A stretch of DNA of 64,000 bases from an uncultured bacterium (GTDB taxonomy: Bacteria > Verrucomicrobiota > Verrucomicrobiia > Limisphaerales > UBA8199). Positions 28,872-43,035 of the stretch are shown here, piece by piece. Made by a program: the position numbers and the translations under genes. The DNA is taken from contig CAVVMW010000030.1 of NCBI GenBank assembly GCA_963749495.1, positions 96,001 through 160,000 on the forward strand. Direction: 5' to 3'. The notes under the pieces are model-generated. The model saw only the letters and a list, made by a program, of their open reading frames with translations. It ran no database searches and had not been told where the DNA came from. Position 1 is the first letter of the stretch; the number at the start of each line of letters is the position of its first letter.

Positions 28872-30176
28872 ATGATTCGGTCACCCTCCATTGAACGCGT
28901 TCAGGCGCATTGGTTTGAACTCTGCTCACGCATCGGCGAACGGCGCGCCGGCAGCGCCGGCGAACGGGCGGCGGCGGATTACCTGCTGGAGCAGTTCCGC
29001 CGGGCCGGATTGGAGCCGGTCTTCGAGGAGCCGTTTCCATGCGTCTCGGTGGCCGCGGCGGAGGCGGAGTTGGCCATTGGCAGCGGCGAGGCCTTGCAAA
29101 GTGTGCCGGCGCGGGTGCTGGCGGGTTCGCCCGGCACGCCCGGCCATGGGCCGGTCGAGGGTGAGCTCGAATGGGTGGAGATGCCGGAGCAGGCGCAGCG
29201 GCGCTTTCAGCCCCGATTGAGGGGCAAGGTGGTGGTGCTGTTCGGGCCCATGCCGACCCGCGCGGACCTGCACCAGAAACTGGTGAAGTGCCGCCCGGCG
29301 GCGGTCATCCACGTCGATGACCGCTTGCCCTTCGATTGGCTCAAGGACGATGGCGTCTATCCGGCGTGGGTGCGTTCGTATGGGATGCCGCCGACGGTGA
29401 CCATCGCCTACCGCGCGGCCTGGGAGCTGCGCAAGGGCGGCGCCAACCGCGCCCGGGTCCGCGTGGCCGTGGACCTCAAGCAGGCCGCCTCCCAAAACGT
29501 GACCGGAGAGGTCCGCGGGCGGCGGCCTGAGTTGCCGGCCATCCTGGTGGGGGCCCATCACGATACCCAATGCCATAATACCGGCGCCGATGACAATGCC
29601 TCCGGGGTGGTGGCGTTGCTCGAACTGGCCGTCCTGCTCGCCAGGACGCGCCCCTTGCGCTCCATTCGGCTGGTCTCTTTCGGCGCCGAGGAGCAACTCT
29701 CCGTCGGCTCCGCCGCTTACGTGCAGGCGCACCGGCGCCAGGTGCAATCCATCGGCGTCGTGCTCAACCTGGACAGCGTCTCCTCTCCCCTGGGGCACCA
29801 TTGGGTTATCCGGGCCGGCACCCGCAGCTTTGGCGCCTGGCTCCTGGAGCGCCTGGGGCGCCAGGGCCTGGATGCAGTCGAAAAATCCGCCCCGTTGCCC
29901 TTCGCCGATCACTTTCCATTCTCGGTCTTTGGCGTCCCCTCGGTCAGCTTTCTCCGCCCCAATATGGATAACGGCCTGCGTTGGCAGCACCATAGCGCCC
30001 ACGACCGGCTGGACAACGTCTCGGCGACCGAGTTGGCGCGCGTCGTGCGCGCCGTGGGCGCCCTGGCCGGCGAGCTGGCCCAAAAGGCCCGCTGGCCCTT
30101 CACCCGCGGCCTTGCCCCGGAGCAACGCGCCGAAACCGCCCGCCTGGCCCGCGAACTCTTCGGACTGCGCGCCTGA
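28872..30176 (+). CDS. M28 family metallopeptidase with PA-like domain
   Basis: GAHHD, GADDNASG, AEEQ, NLD, DH and terminal H motifs. Confidence 0.9.
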   Translation: MIRSPSIERVQAHWFELCSRIGERRAGSAGERAAADYLLEQFRRAGLEPVFEEPFPCVSVAAAEAELAIGSGEALQSVPARVLAGSPGTPGHGPVEGELEWVEMPEQAQRRFQPRLRGKVVVLFGPMPTRADLHQKLVKCRPAAVIHVDDRLPFDWLKDDGVYPAWVRSYGMPPTVTIAYRAAWELRKGGANRARVRVAVDLKQAASQNVTGEVRGRRPELPAILVGAHHDTQCHNTGADDNASGVVALLELAVLLARTRPLRSIRLVSFGAEEQLSVGSAAYVQAHRRQVQSIGVVLNLDSVSSPLGHHWVIRAGTRSFGAWLLERLGRQGLDAVEKSAPLPFADHFPFSVFGVPSVSFLRPNMDNGLRWQHHSAHDRLDNVSATELARVVRAVGALAGELAQKARWPFTRGLAPEQRAETARLARELFGLRA

Positions 30177-30196
30177 GAGGGTGCCCGAGTCCCATA

Positions 30197-30268
30197 CCTT
30201 TGTCGCGGCCTTTGTCGGACTCAGCCGGATTTCGACGAAGGTTTCGACAAAGGTTTCGACAAAGGTCG
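30197..30268. repeat. 12-bp-period TTTGTCG / CGACAAAGG inverted repeat
   Basis: Same family as 6181-6260. Confidence 0.75.
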
Positions 30269-30323
30269 CGAAAATCACTCAAAGTCCGCTGCAATGGAGC
30301 TTAGCGCACGATATGCCGCGCGC

Positions 30324-30626
30324 TTACCTTTTATCGAGGATCTGCCTGTCGAGGGCGGCCTGACGTTCGAGCAATGGTTTGCAATCTGGATTCGTGGAGA
30401 GCACGAGCAAACCCATGATGATGTAGCCTGAGAACATTTCAGAAGTGGCCCATACCGGCTGTTCCAAGGCAAGATCGCCCTCGAAGATATTAAGCGTTCC
30501 GCAGCAATTCCCTCGCACGTTGGCGTGAAGGGTGTTGCCACGCACTTCGATTAGCCCATTGAGTGTTTCGTAGTCCTCCCCGACTGTAACGGCAAATGGT
30601 TCCGATAAACGCACCTGAGTCGTCAC
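30324..30626 (-). CDS. Hypothetical protein (lower GC)
   Basis: 100-codon ORF in an AT-richer segment; no recognisable motif. Confidence 0.35.
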   Translation of the reverse strand: MTTQVRLSEPFAVTVGEDYETLNGLIEVRGNTLHANVRGNCCGTLNIFEGDLALEQPVWATSEMFSGYIIMGLLVLSTNPDCKPLLERQAALDRQILDKR

Positions 30627-30972
30627 AATTCGCTTTGGTGGCTGAGTGGAGTTTTCCAGGTAGAGGGTCGGGACGATTAAATGGAGGAATAAAGGTTGGC
30701 GCTGGAGGTTTAAGATGGTCTTGACGGGCGGGCCGAGGATTTTGTAATTTCTTAATGCAATCGAGCTGCTTGAAGCCAGCGAGCCTCGGTTCCGGACTTG
30801 CTTCCCTTCGCCGGCGGCTCCCTCGCCGCTCAGATGAACCCGGGGTGGTCATTGTCGGGAAGCCTGGGGAGCATGGTTCGGGAGTTTTCCCGGCTTCGCC
30901 CGCCTCATGGAGGTCCACACGATGCCGCCTTTGGCCTATCCCGCGCGAAGCTGCTCCCGCGTGGTAACGAGC

Positions 30973-31430
30973 TGTTGGCCGCCGATTCGCCGGCGGACTG
31001 CTTCACCAACGGCGGGGCCAACCTCTCCTCAGCCGCTACCGCGGGCCTCATCGGCCCCTTGGCCGACAACGGCGGCCCGACGCTCACGATGGCCCTGCTG
31101 CCCGGCAGCCCCGCCATTGGCGCGGCTGACGACGCCTCCGCGCCGCGCACCGATCAGCGCGGCTTCCCGCGCCCCAGCGGTTCCGCCGACATCGGGGCTT
31201 ACGAATTCGGCTACCCCCCAATCCTGAGCGCCGCCCAGCCGCCGGAAGGCGGGGTCGACATTTCCGTGAGCGGCCGGGCCGGTCAGACCTGCCGATTGCT
31301 CGCCAGCCCCGACCTGGTGAACTGGACGGCCATCGCCACAAACTCCTTCAGCCCGAGCGGCATCTTTCTCTTCCATGACCCAGCCAGCGCCGGCCAAGCG
31401 CAGAGGTTTTACCGCGCCGTAATGCCATGA
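30973..31430 (+). pseudogene. 5'-truncated choice-of-anchor-Q / C-terminal domain paralog fragment
   Basis: [22 protein letters not shown]...DQRG...DIGAYE...FYRAVMP, closely similar to the last ~125 aa of 31466-34846; no plausible start or signal peptide. Confidence 0.75.
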
Positions 31431-31465
31431 ACGAGGATGCACCGCCATGCGGCACGGATCAGATT

Positions 31466-34400
31466 ATGAACTCAACAACTAAACTTGGAATGTTTTGCCA
31501 AAGCGCGGGCCGTGACTGGCCAGCTCGACAATATCAGGCTGGCTTCAAAGTGCCGACTACGCCGAGCGGGCTCTGCCTTTGTCCCGAAGGGACATCCGAA
31601 AACAGCCCGGCGTTTCGACGCCGGGTAGCCAGCCCAACAGTGGCGCGTCCCGAAGGGACGGCTGAGAGGGGAGCCTCCGTTCAATCGTCCCTTCGGGACG
31701 ACAATCCCCTGTGCCATTTACCCGGCGTTGAAGCGCCGGGCTATTGCCAGGTGTCCCTCCGGGACACTCCTGCCGCACTCGGCCTGGCTCCGGCGCAAGC
31801 TGTCACTGCCGTACCAGGATTCGGCCGCCGGCAGCCAAAACTCGGCTTGGCCGCGGCCCTGGCCATCACGCTGGCCACCGTTGCTTCCGCCCAAACCTAT
31901 ACCGTGCTCAAGAGCTTCACCTACGGCGATGGAGCCGCTCCGTATGGGGACCTAGTCTTGGCGGGCGGCACGCTCTATGGGACGACGGAACAGGGCGGCA
32001 CTGACGGTTACGGCGTGGTGTTCAGCATCAACACCAACGGCTCCGGCTACACGGTGCTCAAGAGCTTCTTCGGCACCGGCGCCTCCTTCGGCGGCAGTTG
32101 GCCCGAGGACGGACTGCTGCTGGCGGGCGGTACGCTCTATGGGACGACGGAACAGGGCGGCACTGACGGTTACGGCGTGGTGTTCAGCATCAACACCAAC
32201 GGCTCCGGCTACACCGTCCTCAAGAGCTTCACCGGCCCCGACGGATGGCTTCCGTCTGGGGGCCTGGTCCTGGCCGGCAGCACGCTCTATGGGACGATCC
32301 GCTACGGTGGGGACTGGGGCAACGGCGTGGTCTTCAAGGTCAACACCGACGGCTCGGGCTACACCGTCCTCAAGAGCTTCACCGGCCCCGACGGAGCCCT
32401 TCCGTCTGGGGGCCTGGTCCTGGCCGGCAGCACGCTCTATGGGACGACGGCCGGTGGGGGCAGTTCGAGCAATGGCGTGCTCTTCAAGGTCAACACGGAC
32501 GGCTCGGGCTACACGGTGCTCAAGAGCTACTCCGGGAGCGACGGGGCGAACCCCTATGGGCGCCTGCTCCTGGCGGACAGCACGCTCTATGGGACGACCG
32601 GCGGCGGCGGGAGCTCAAGCAACGGCACGGTCTTCCGGGTGAACACCGACGGCTCAGGCTACACGGTGCTCAAGAGCTTCGCTGGCAGCGACGGGGCGAA
32701 CCCGCATGGCGACCTGGTCCTGTGGGGCAGCACGCTCTATGGGACGACGGACGACGGCGGCAGCTCGGGCAACGGCACGGTCTTCGCGGTGAACACTGAC
32801 GGGTCGCGCTACGCGGTGGTCAAGAACTTCACCTTCAGCGACGGCAGCGATCCGCGGGCGGGTCTGGTCCTGGCGGGCGGCACGCTCTATGGGACGACGA
32901 GTTGGGGCGGAAGTGGCCGTGGCGTGGTCTTCAGTTTGGGGGGCGCCACCGGGCCGCCGATCATAGTCCTGGGCCCGCAAAGTCAAACCATTGTGGCCGG
33001 GGACTCCGTCGCTTTCAGCGTCCAAGTCGCCAATATCGGATGGGTGGTGTACCAGTGGATTTTCAATGGCACCAACATCCTGGAAGCCGCGACTAATTCC
33101 GTCGTGCACCTAACCAACCTCCAGTCCGCCCAATCTGGGGCTTATGCCGTTATCGTGACCAATGACTACGGCGCCGTGACCAGTGCGCCGGCCATCCTCG
33201 AGCTGATTCCGCTAGGCACGACCCCGGTGGCCAGTTGTACGGAGGCGGCCTTGCGGGCCGCGCTGGCGGGGCCGGGACCGGTGACCTTCGCTTGCGACGG
33301 CACGATCACCCTGACCAACACGCTCACCATTTCCAGCAATATCGTGCTGGATGGCAGCGGCCACGCGATCACCATCAGCGGCGGCAATTCCGTCCGGGTC
33401 TTCACCGTCAACTCCAACGTCACGTTCACGGTGCTCAACCTGACCGTCGCCAACGGCCTGAGCACAAATGGCGGCGCGATTTACAACGGCGGCGGCACCG
33501 TCAACCTCAGCAACTGCACCCTGGTTGGCAACATGGCCTGCGGACCGGGTGCCGGCTTCCCTTCTGGCGCCGGGCGCGACCGCTGCGGCGGTGCGGTTTA
33601 CAGTAGCGGCAGTCTTAAGGCCTGGCTCTGCGCCTTCGCCGGCAATTCAGCCACCGGGGATGCGGGCGGTCCTGGTTGGCCGGGTGCTGGGTTCCCCGAG
33701 CCGGGCGGCGAGGGCGGCGGCGGCCTCGGCGGCGCCATTTACAGCGTTGGCGACATGACGGTCGCTGCCAGTACGTTTGCCAGCAACTCCGTCACGGGCG
33801 GCCCAGGCGGCGGCGGCAGCGCTGTGACCCAGTCGCGCAGCGGCGGCGGTTCCGGGGGGCTCGGCGGCCCCGGCAACGGCGCTGCGATCTTCAGTGGCGG
33901 AGCGGCCACGGTGTCTGCCAGCACGTTCGCCTGGAACCTGGCCACCGGAGGCGCCGGGGGTGACGGCGGCGAGGGCATTGGCGGAGGCGGAGGGGGCAAG
34001 GGCGGCGGCAGTGGCGGTGCGTTCTTTAACGGTGGACTCGCGGGGATTTCCGATTGCACGTTCGCCTCGAACACGGCCGCCGGGGGCGGCGGTGGCACGG
34101 GCGGGGAGGGCTTGGATGTTCATGGTGAGCATGCGAGTCCGGGTGGCGGCGGTGGCGACGGCGGTTCCGGGCTTGGAGTCATCTGCAGTACGACCGGCCT
34201 GTGCTTCGTGACCAACTGCACCCTGGTTGCCAACGCGGCGATAGCTGGCCCTGGCGGCGCAGGCGGACTGGGCGCCGGCCCCAGTTCGGGCGGCGGCCTT
34301 TCGCCCAACGGAACCCCTGGCAGCAACGGCTCGGCCACGAACGGCGGCAGCTCCGGCGCCGCGCTATGGAACACGCTGCTGGTGGCGGACTTGCCGCCTG

Positions 34401-34846
34401 AGGACACGCCCAGCGGCACGATCGACACCAATTACAATCTCTGGATCAGCACCAATGCCGGCGTGGTGGGCCCGCTGGCCGACAACGGCGGGCCGACTCT
34501 GACCATGGCCCTGCTCCCTGGCAGCCCGGCCATCGGCACCGCCGACAGCGCGGCCGCGCCGCCCACCGACCAGCGCGGCTTCCCGCGGCCGAGCGGCGCC
34601 GCCGACATCGGGGCTTATGAATTCGGCTACCCGCCGATCCTCGCTGCCGCCCAGCCACCAGGAGGCGGAGTGGACATCTCCGTGAGCGGCCGGGCTGGCC
34701 AGGTCTGCTGGCTGCTGGCCAGCCCCGACCTGGTGAACTGGACGGCCGTCGCCACAAATGCCTTCAGCCCGAGCGGCACCTTTCTTTTCCATGACCCCGC
34801 CGGTGTCGGCCAAACGCAGATGTTTTACCGCGCCGTGATGCCTTAA
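31466..34846 (+). CDS. Secreted protein: 7 Gloeo_Verruco (GloVer) repeats, Ig domain, Gly-rich beta-helix/choice-of-anchor-Q region and C-terminal domain
   Basis: Seven YTVLKSF...LYGTT..GG...GxVFxxNTDGSG repeats; YQW..NG Ig domain; LADNGG/DQRG/DIGAYE; start may be 31427 or 31466. Confidence 0.88.
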   Translation: MNSTTKLGMFCQSAGRDWPARQYQAGFKVPTTPSGLCLCPEGTSENSPAFRRRVASPTVARPEGTAERGASVQSSLRDDNPLCHLPGVEAPGYCQVSLRDTPAALGLAPAQAVTAVPGFGRRQPKLGLAAALAITLATVASAQTYTVLKSFTYGDGAAPYGDLVLAGGTLYGTTEQGGTDGYGVVFSINTNGSGYTVLKSFFGTGASFGGSWPEDGLLLAGGTLYGTTEQGGTDGYGVVFSINTNGSGYTVLKSFTGPDGWLPSGGLVLAGSTLYGTIRYGGDWGNGVVFKVNTDGSGYTVLKSFTGPDGALPSGGLVLAGSTLYGTTAGGGSSSNGVLFKVNTDGSGYTVLKSYSGSDGANPYGRLLLADSTLYGTTGGGGSSSNGTVFRVNTDGSGYTVLKSFAGSDGANPHGDLVLWGSTLYGTTDDGGSSGNGTVFAVNTDGSRYAVVKNFTFSDGSDPRAGLVLAGGTLYGTTSWGGSGRGVVFSLGGATGPPIIVLGPQSQTIVAGDSVAFSVQVANIGWVVYQWIFNGTNILEAATNSVVHLTNLQSAQSGAYAVIVTNDYGAVTSAPAILELIPLGTTPVASCTEAALRAALAGPGPVTFACDGTITLTNTLTISSNIVLDGSGHAITISGGNSVRVFTVNSNVTFTVLNLTVANGLSTNGGAIYNGGGTVNLSNCTLVGNMACGPGAGFPSGAGRDRCGGAVYSSGSLKAWLCAFAGNSATGDAGGPGWPGAGFPEPGGEGGGGLGGAIYSVGDMTVAASTFASNSVTGGPGGGGSAVTQSRSGGGSGGLGGPGNGAAIFSGGAATVSASTFAWNLATGGAGGDGGEGIGGGGGGKGGGSGGAFFNGGLAGISDCTFASNTAAGGGGGTGGEGLDVHGEHASPGGGGGDGGSGLGVICSTTGLCFVTNCTLVANAAIAGPGGAGGLGAGPSSGGGLSPNGTPGSNGSATNGGSSGAALWNTLLVADLPPEDTPSGTIDTNYNLWISTNAGVVGPLADNGGPTLTMALLPGSPAIGTADSAAAPPTDQRGFPRPSGAADIGAYEFGYPPILAAAQPPGGGVDISVSGRAGQVCWLLASPDLVNWTAVATNAFSPSGTFLFHDPAGVGQTQMFYRAVMP
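31581..31765. repeat. Nested palindromic REP-like element, family D (GTCCCGAAGGGAC) within the 5' part of the GloVer ORF
   Basis: Four GTCCC(GAA/TTC/TCC)GGGAC hairpins and two CCCGGCG..CGCCGGG arms in symmetric order. Confidence 0.85.
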
Positions 34847-34891
34847 AGAGGTGCTTGGCTACGACACTCAACCCTCTGCCCCAACCCAACT

Positions 34892-37869
34892 ATGAAACGC
34901 ACGACACCCAATCTATTCGCGGGCCTGCTGCTGGGCACCCTGGCCGTGGCGGCCATGAGCCAGGCGGCCGGTCAGGAATACACCTTCACCACGCTGGCCG
35001 GCCCGGCCGAAAGTCCGGGCGCCCTCGATGGCCCGGGCAGCGCCGCCCGGTTCTTCTTCCCTGTCGGTCTGGCGGCGGACGCCGCGGGCAACTTGTTTGT
35101 CACCGACGACGGCAACCACACCATTCGGAAGGTGACGCCGGTGGGGAGGCGACGACCCTGGCGGGCCTGGCGGGAAGTTATGGCAGCGCCGACGGCACGG
35201 GAAGTGAGGCGCGGTTCAACAGCCCCTTTGGCGTGGCGGTGGACCAGGCGGGCAATGTCTATGTAGCGGACGGCCGGAATTACACGATTCGGAAAGTAAC
35301 GCCGGGTGGCGTGGTGACGACGCTGGCCGGTTCGGCGGGAAGCCAGGGCAGCGCCGACGGCCAGGGGACTGCGGCGCGGTTTCTGCAGCCATGGGCCGTG
35401 GCGGTTGACGGTGCCGGCAACGTGTACGTCGGGGACATGGGCAACGGCACGATTCGCAAGGTGACGCCGGACGGAGTGGTGAGCACGTGGGCGGCCGGGT
35501 TGAACTGGCCGCAGGGCCTGGCGCTCGACAGCGACGGCAACATCTACGTGGCGGACGCCGGCCACTTCACAATTCTGAAAGTGACGCCGTTGGGAGTGGT
35601 GACGACGCTAGCCGGGTTGGCGGACCATCAGGGCAGCGCGGACGGCCAGGGAAGCGCGGCGCAGTTCGGCTCGCCTCGCGGCCTGGCACGAGACAGCGCG
35701 GGCAACCTGTATGTGGGGGACTCTCTTAACTCCACGATCCGTAAAGTGACGCCAGCGGGCGTGGTCACCACGCTGGCGGGGCTGGCGGGAACCGAGGGCA
35801 GCGCCGACGGCGGGGGAAGCGCGGCGCGCTTTGGTCCCAATGGTCCCTCCGGCATCGTCCTGGACAGCGACGGCAACCTCTATGTCACCGACAGTGGCAA
35901 CGACAGCATTCGCAAGCTCACACCGGACGGGATGGTAACTACGCTGGCGGGCTTGTCGGCATCCCCGGGCAGCGCCGACGGTGCCGGCGCCAATGCCCGC
36001 TTCCATGGCCCCCAGGGCGTGGCGCTCGATAACGCCGGCAACCTGTACGTTGCGGATATGTGGAACCAGACCATCCGGCAAGTGACGCCAGGCGGGATCG
36101 TGACGACGCTGGCGGGCCAGCCAGGAATCGAGGGGAGCGCCGATGGGGTGGGGGGCAGCGCCCAGTTCTATTGCCCCTCGGGTGTGGCAGCGGACGGAGC
36201 CGGCAATGTGTTTGTAGCGGATGAAGAAAACCAGACCATCCGCCGGGTGGCGCTGGCTGGCGCCGTGACGACCTTCGCCGGTCTGGCAGGAGTTCCGGGC
36301 AGTGCCGACGGCACGGGCAGCGTGGCGCGGTTCTTCTTCCCACAGGGCGTAGCGGTGGACAGGGCGGGTAACGTGTATGTGGGCGTTTACAACACGATTC
36401 GGAAAGTGACGCCCAGCGGCGCCGTGACGACCTTCGCCGGTCTGGCAGGAGTTCCGGGCAGTGCCGACGGCACGGGTAGCGCGGCGCGGTTCGACGGTCC
36501 CTGCGCCATGGCCGCGGACGGCGCCGGCAACCTCTATGTGACCGATGATTTCAACAGCACGATTCGCAAAGTGACTCCCGCCGGGGTGGTGACCACGCTG
36601 GCCGGCTTGGCGGGAATTTGGGACAGCGCCGACGGCGTCGGCAGTGCCGCGCGGTTTTGCCGCCCGTGTGGGGTGGCGGTGGACGGCGCGGGCATCCTTT
36701 ATGTCTGCGATACCGGCAACCGCACGATCCGAAAGGTGACCCCTGACGGGGTAGTGACCACGCTGGCAGGCCTGGCCATAGCCTGGGGCGGTGACGACGG
36801 CACCGGCATCGCGGCGCGGTTCAACTATCCGCAGGGCGTGGCGGTCGACCGCGCCGGCATCCTCTATGTGGCCGACGGCGGCAACCACAACCTGCGGGTT
36901 GGCACGCCGAACACCTGCCCCGACGCGCCGGTGATCGATCAGGCCTTCGGCCTGGTGGGGCAATTGCGCCAACTGGATACCCGCCCCCAAACCGCCGTCG
37001 CCTGGCTTTGGCGCCTGATCCGCGCCCCGGCCGCTTCTTCGGCCGTGCTCTCGGACGCCAATGTCCGCAATCCCACCTTCACGCCTGATGTCCCGGATTT
37101 GTATGTTTTCCGCCTTGCGGCCACCAATGCCGCCGGAGCGATCTGTATTCGCACGCTGGCCTTTACCGCCGCGCTGGCGCTGCCGAGCATCGTAGTCCCG
37201 CCTTCCTCCCAGACCGTCGAGCTGGGGGGCCATGCGCTCTTCTGGGTGGAGGCCACGAATCTGGCGCTGGGGGTCACCTGCCAATGGTACTCTAACCGCA
37301 CTGAGGCGATCCCTGGCGCCACCAACTCCAGCTTTGTCCTCGACAACGTTCAACCGGCCCAGGCGGGCCTTTACACGGTGGTCGTGACCGATGCTTACGG
37401 CTCAGTGACCAGCGCGCCCGCCGCCCTGAGCGTCATCGCCCCAGTCGCGCACAGCGTCGTTCCCATGCTCCTCCTCGGCGGCGAGCGCGGCAGTTTCCTG
37501 CGCTTGGATTTTGCCGACTCGCTCGGTGGCGGCCCAACTTGGCAGATGCTGGGCGCCCTGAGCCTGACCAACCCACCGCAACTTTACTTTGACCTGACGG
37601 ACCCGGTGCGGCCGTATCGGTTCTACCGCGCCTGGCAGACCAATGCGCCGAGCGTGAACCCGGCGGTGGAGGTTTACATGGCGACCGAGATCCCTCTGGC
37701 CGGGGCGATCGGCGGTTCGGTGCGCATTGACTATATCAACCAATTCGGCCCCACCGACGCCTGGGTGCCCCTGGACACCGTGCTGCTGACCAACAGCCCG
37801 CAACTGTATTTCGACACCACCGCCTTCCGCCAACCGCCCCGGCTCTATCGCCTGGTGCCCGTCCCATAG
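34892..37869 (+). CDS. Secreted NHL-repeat protein with Ig and C-terminal domains (frameshift at ~35140)
   Basis: Signal peptide MKRTTPNLF...AGQ; many [23 protein letters not shown] repeats. Confidence 0.88.
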
Positions 37870-37947
37870 AACACGTTATCAAACCACTGCCTCAGCACTC
37901 ACACCTTTGCCTCAATCCATGAAGGGGTCCCGCATAATCACATCCTC

Positions 37948-38200
37948 TCACAGGCCGGTGCTCCTGAGGCGGTTCGCAACGGAACCCGCGGCACCCATGC
38001 ACAATTGCCGGGCGATCCAGCCCCAGGTCATGGTCGTCTCCATCCGCAGGCGTTTGGCAATCTCGACCTTCTGGGCGTCGCCCTTGCGCCGCCGCATTGG
38101 TTGCTCGGCATCCCACCCACGCCGCTTGAGCTCCTCGATGAGGGCAGGCGCTTGCTCGGCACAGTTCCGACCGCGACGACCGCGGGCCAAAAACATGCGG
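37948..38200 (-). pseudogene. C-terminal relic of a REP-associated (Y1/HUH) tyrosine transposase-like gene
   Basis: EELKRRGW...RRRKGDAQKVEIAKRLRMETTMTWGWIARQLCMG resembles C-termini of verrucomicrobial Y1 transposases as I recall them; catalytic domain absent. Confidence 0.6.
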
Positions 38201-38317
38201 TTATGCGGGACTGACCCCGTTCGGTTCCGCCTGGCCCGCGAACTCTTCGGACTGCGCGCCTGAGTGCCAGTTGACGTCTTGCCATCATTCCCGTAGCGTC
38301 TGGCAGTTTTCGAAGTC

Positions 38318-41419
<3,102 letters not shown>

Positions 41420-41469
41420 CGCACCTCCCGGGGGCGGGAAAACTGTCTGCTGCAACAAGGCGGTCGGTT

Positions 41470-41735
41470 TTCATCCCGGAGGGATGCCTGAGAATAGCCC
41501 AACGCTTGGCGCTCGAAGCGTCGGCTCGGATCATTTCTCGCAGAGTCCGGGACGGGCCCAGGGCCGAAGGCCCGTCATGTGATAGCCCGGGCTGGAGCGA
41601 AGCGGAGGCCCGGGTAAGCGAGTGCCCCTCGAACACGCCCCCGGCCTGCTATGGGGCGGGACTGGAGGGATGACCTGGGCCTGCGCTCGCAGGCTCGCTC
41701 CAGCCCTGTCACATTTGGGGCTTTCAGTCCCGGGA
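41470..41735. repeat. Cluster of REP-like elements (partial ATCCCGGAGGGAT element plus a family B copy)
   Basis: 41558-41615 nearly identical to 9121-9178. Confidence 0.75.
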
Positions 41736-41755
41736 AAGGCAAACCCTGGGGGGCT

Positions 41756-41803
41756 GCCTTTAGCCTTCAGCCTTCAGCCTTTAGCCTTTACCCTTCACCC
41801 TTC
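41756..41803. repeat. Heptamer repeat (GCCTTYA)n overlapping the epimerase stop codon
   Basis: Same unit as 19381-19418. Confidence 0.8.
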
Positions 41804-42834
41804 GCGCTGACGCGCAGCCCGTACTTCTCGGGGGTGTTGGCAAAGGAGAGCATGCCCTGGCTGGTGCTCACGCCCAGGTAAGGGTCGTCGGTGATGAGGA
41901 TGTTGCCATCCAGATCGAGGTAGTCGCACAGTTCGGCCAGGTGAGCGGCGGCGGTGATCAGAATGCTGGTCTCGATCATGCAACCGAGCATGGTCTTGAG
42001 GCCGACGTTGCGGGCGGCCTGGAGGGCCTGGAAACCGCCGCTGACGCCGCCGGTCTTGACGAGCTTGACGTTGACGCCGTGGAAACACTGGGCAGCCTCG
42101 GCGGCGTCGCGAGCATGGTGATAGGACTCATCGCCGAAGATGGGCAGGGGGGAACGTTGCTTGAGCCAGACCCAGTCCTTGATGGGCGCCGCGGCCGGGA
42201 GGGGTTGCTCGACAAACTCGATGTGGCCGTCCTGGGCGAGCCACTGGATCATTTCGAGGGCCTGCTCCTTGGTTTTCCAGCCTTCGTTGGCATCCACGCG
42301 CAGGGTCTTGGCCGGGGCGACCTCCCGCAGGGCCTGCAAGGTCGCTTTGTCATCGGCGACGCCCATCTTGACCTTGAGCAGCGGGTAGGGCGCGGCCTCG
42401 AGGACCTTCTGGCGGATGACCTCGGGCTTGTCGATGCCGATGGTCAAGGTGGTGAGGTGCTGGTTCTCGCGGAAGCCCAGGCCGAGCAGGTCGCAAACCG
42501 GCTTTTGAGCGCGCTTGCCCGCCCCGTCCAGCAGGGCCAGGTTCAGGGCGCACTTGGCCGACATGTCGTGGCTCGAAACCGTCTGGAGGTACTCCATGCT
42601 CCCCTCGACGTCGTTGAACGAGAGGCCGCGCGCGTCCACCTTCTGGAAAAAGGCCTCGACCGTCTCGACTGATTCCCGGTAACGCGAGATCGGCGCCGCC
42701 TCGCCCCGCCCGACCGTGCCGTCGGCGCCGGTCAACTCGACGACGACCACTTTGGCGACGTTCGAGCCCGCGCCGCGGGCGATCGTCCAGGTGTGCGCCA
42801 AGTGCAAATCCAGCCGCTTGTAGTTGAGTTTCAC
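41788..42834 (-). CDS. Dipeptide epimerase (L-Ala-D/L-Glu epimerase, enolase superfamily)
   Basis: KVK, DANEGW, EQP, GDES, NVKLVKTGG, GCMIE and DLDG motifs. Confidence 0.92.
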   Translation of the reverse strand: MKLNYKRLDLHLAHTWTIARGAGSNVAKVVVVELTGADGTVGRGEAAPISRYRESVETVEAFFQKVDARGLSFNDVEGSMEYLQTVSSHDMSAKCALNLALLDGAGKRAQKPVCDLLGLGFRENQHLTTLTIGIDKPEVIRQKVLEAAPYPLLKVKMGVADDKATLQALREVAPAKTLRVDANEGWKTKEQALEMIQWLAQDGHIEFVEQPLPAAAPIKDWVWLKQRSPLPIFGDESYHHARDAAEAAQCFHGVNVKLVKTGGVSGGFQALQAARNVGLKTMLGCMIETSILITAAAHLAELCDYLDLDGNILITDDPYLGVSTSQGMLSFANTPEKYGLRVSAKGEG

Positions 42835-42901
42835 ACCCACAACAAACCAGAAACGGGCCGGGACGCAACTACCTTGTTGCGACGAGCGCCGCGAGTCCGG
42901 A

Positions 42902-42993
42902 CCTTTGTCGCAACCTTTGTCGGAACCTTTGTCGGGTTAGCGATGCCTCGACACAGGCGGCGACAAAGGCGGCGACAAAGGTTGCGACAAAGG
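42902..42993. repeat. 12-bp-period CCTTTGTCG / CGACAAAGG inverted repeat
   Basis: Same family as 6181-6260. Confidence 0.8.
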
Positions 42994-43035
42994 TCTGGGA
43001 TCGGAGCGTCCAGGCTAATTTTACCCATCAATGAT

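Larger units (their letters stand above)
30140..38264. mobile_element. Putative ~8.1-kb island bounded by a perfect 38-bp direct repeat
   Basis: CCGCCTGGCCCGCGAACTCTTCGGACTGCGCGCCTGAG at 30140-30177 and 38227-38264. Confidence 0.7.

Noticed and set aside
31050..34846. Possible diversity-generating retroelement TR/VR pair
   Set aside because: Differences between the copies are mostly synonymous and not adenine-specific; no reverse transcriptase in the window
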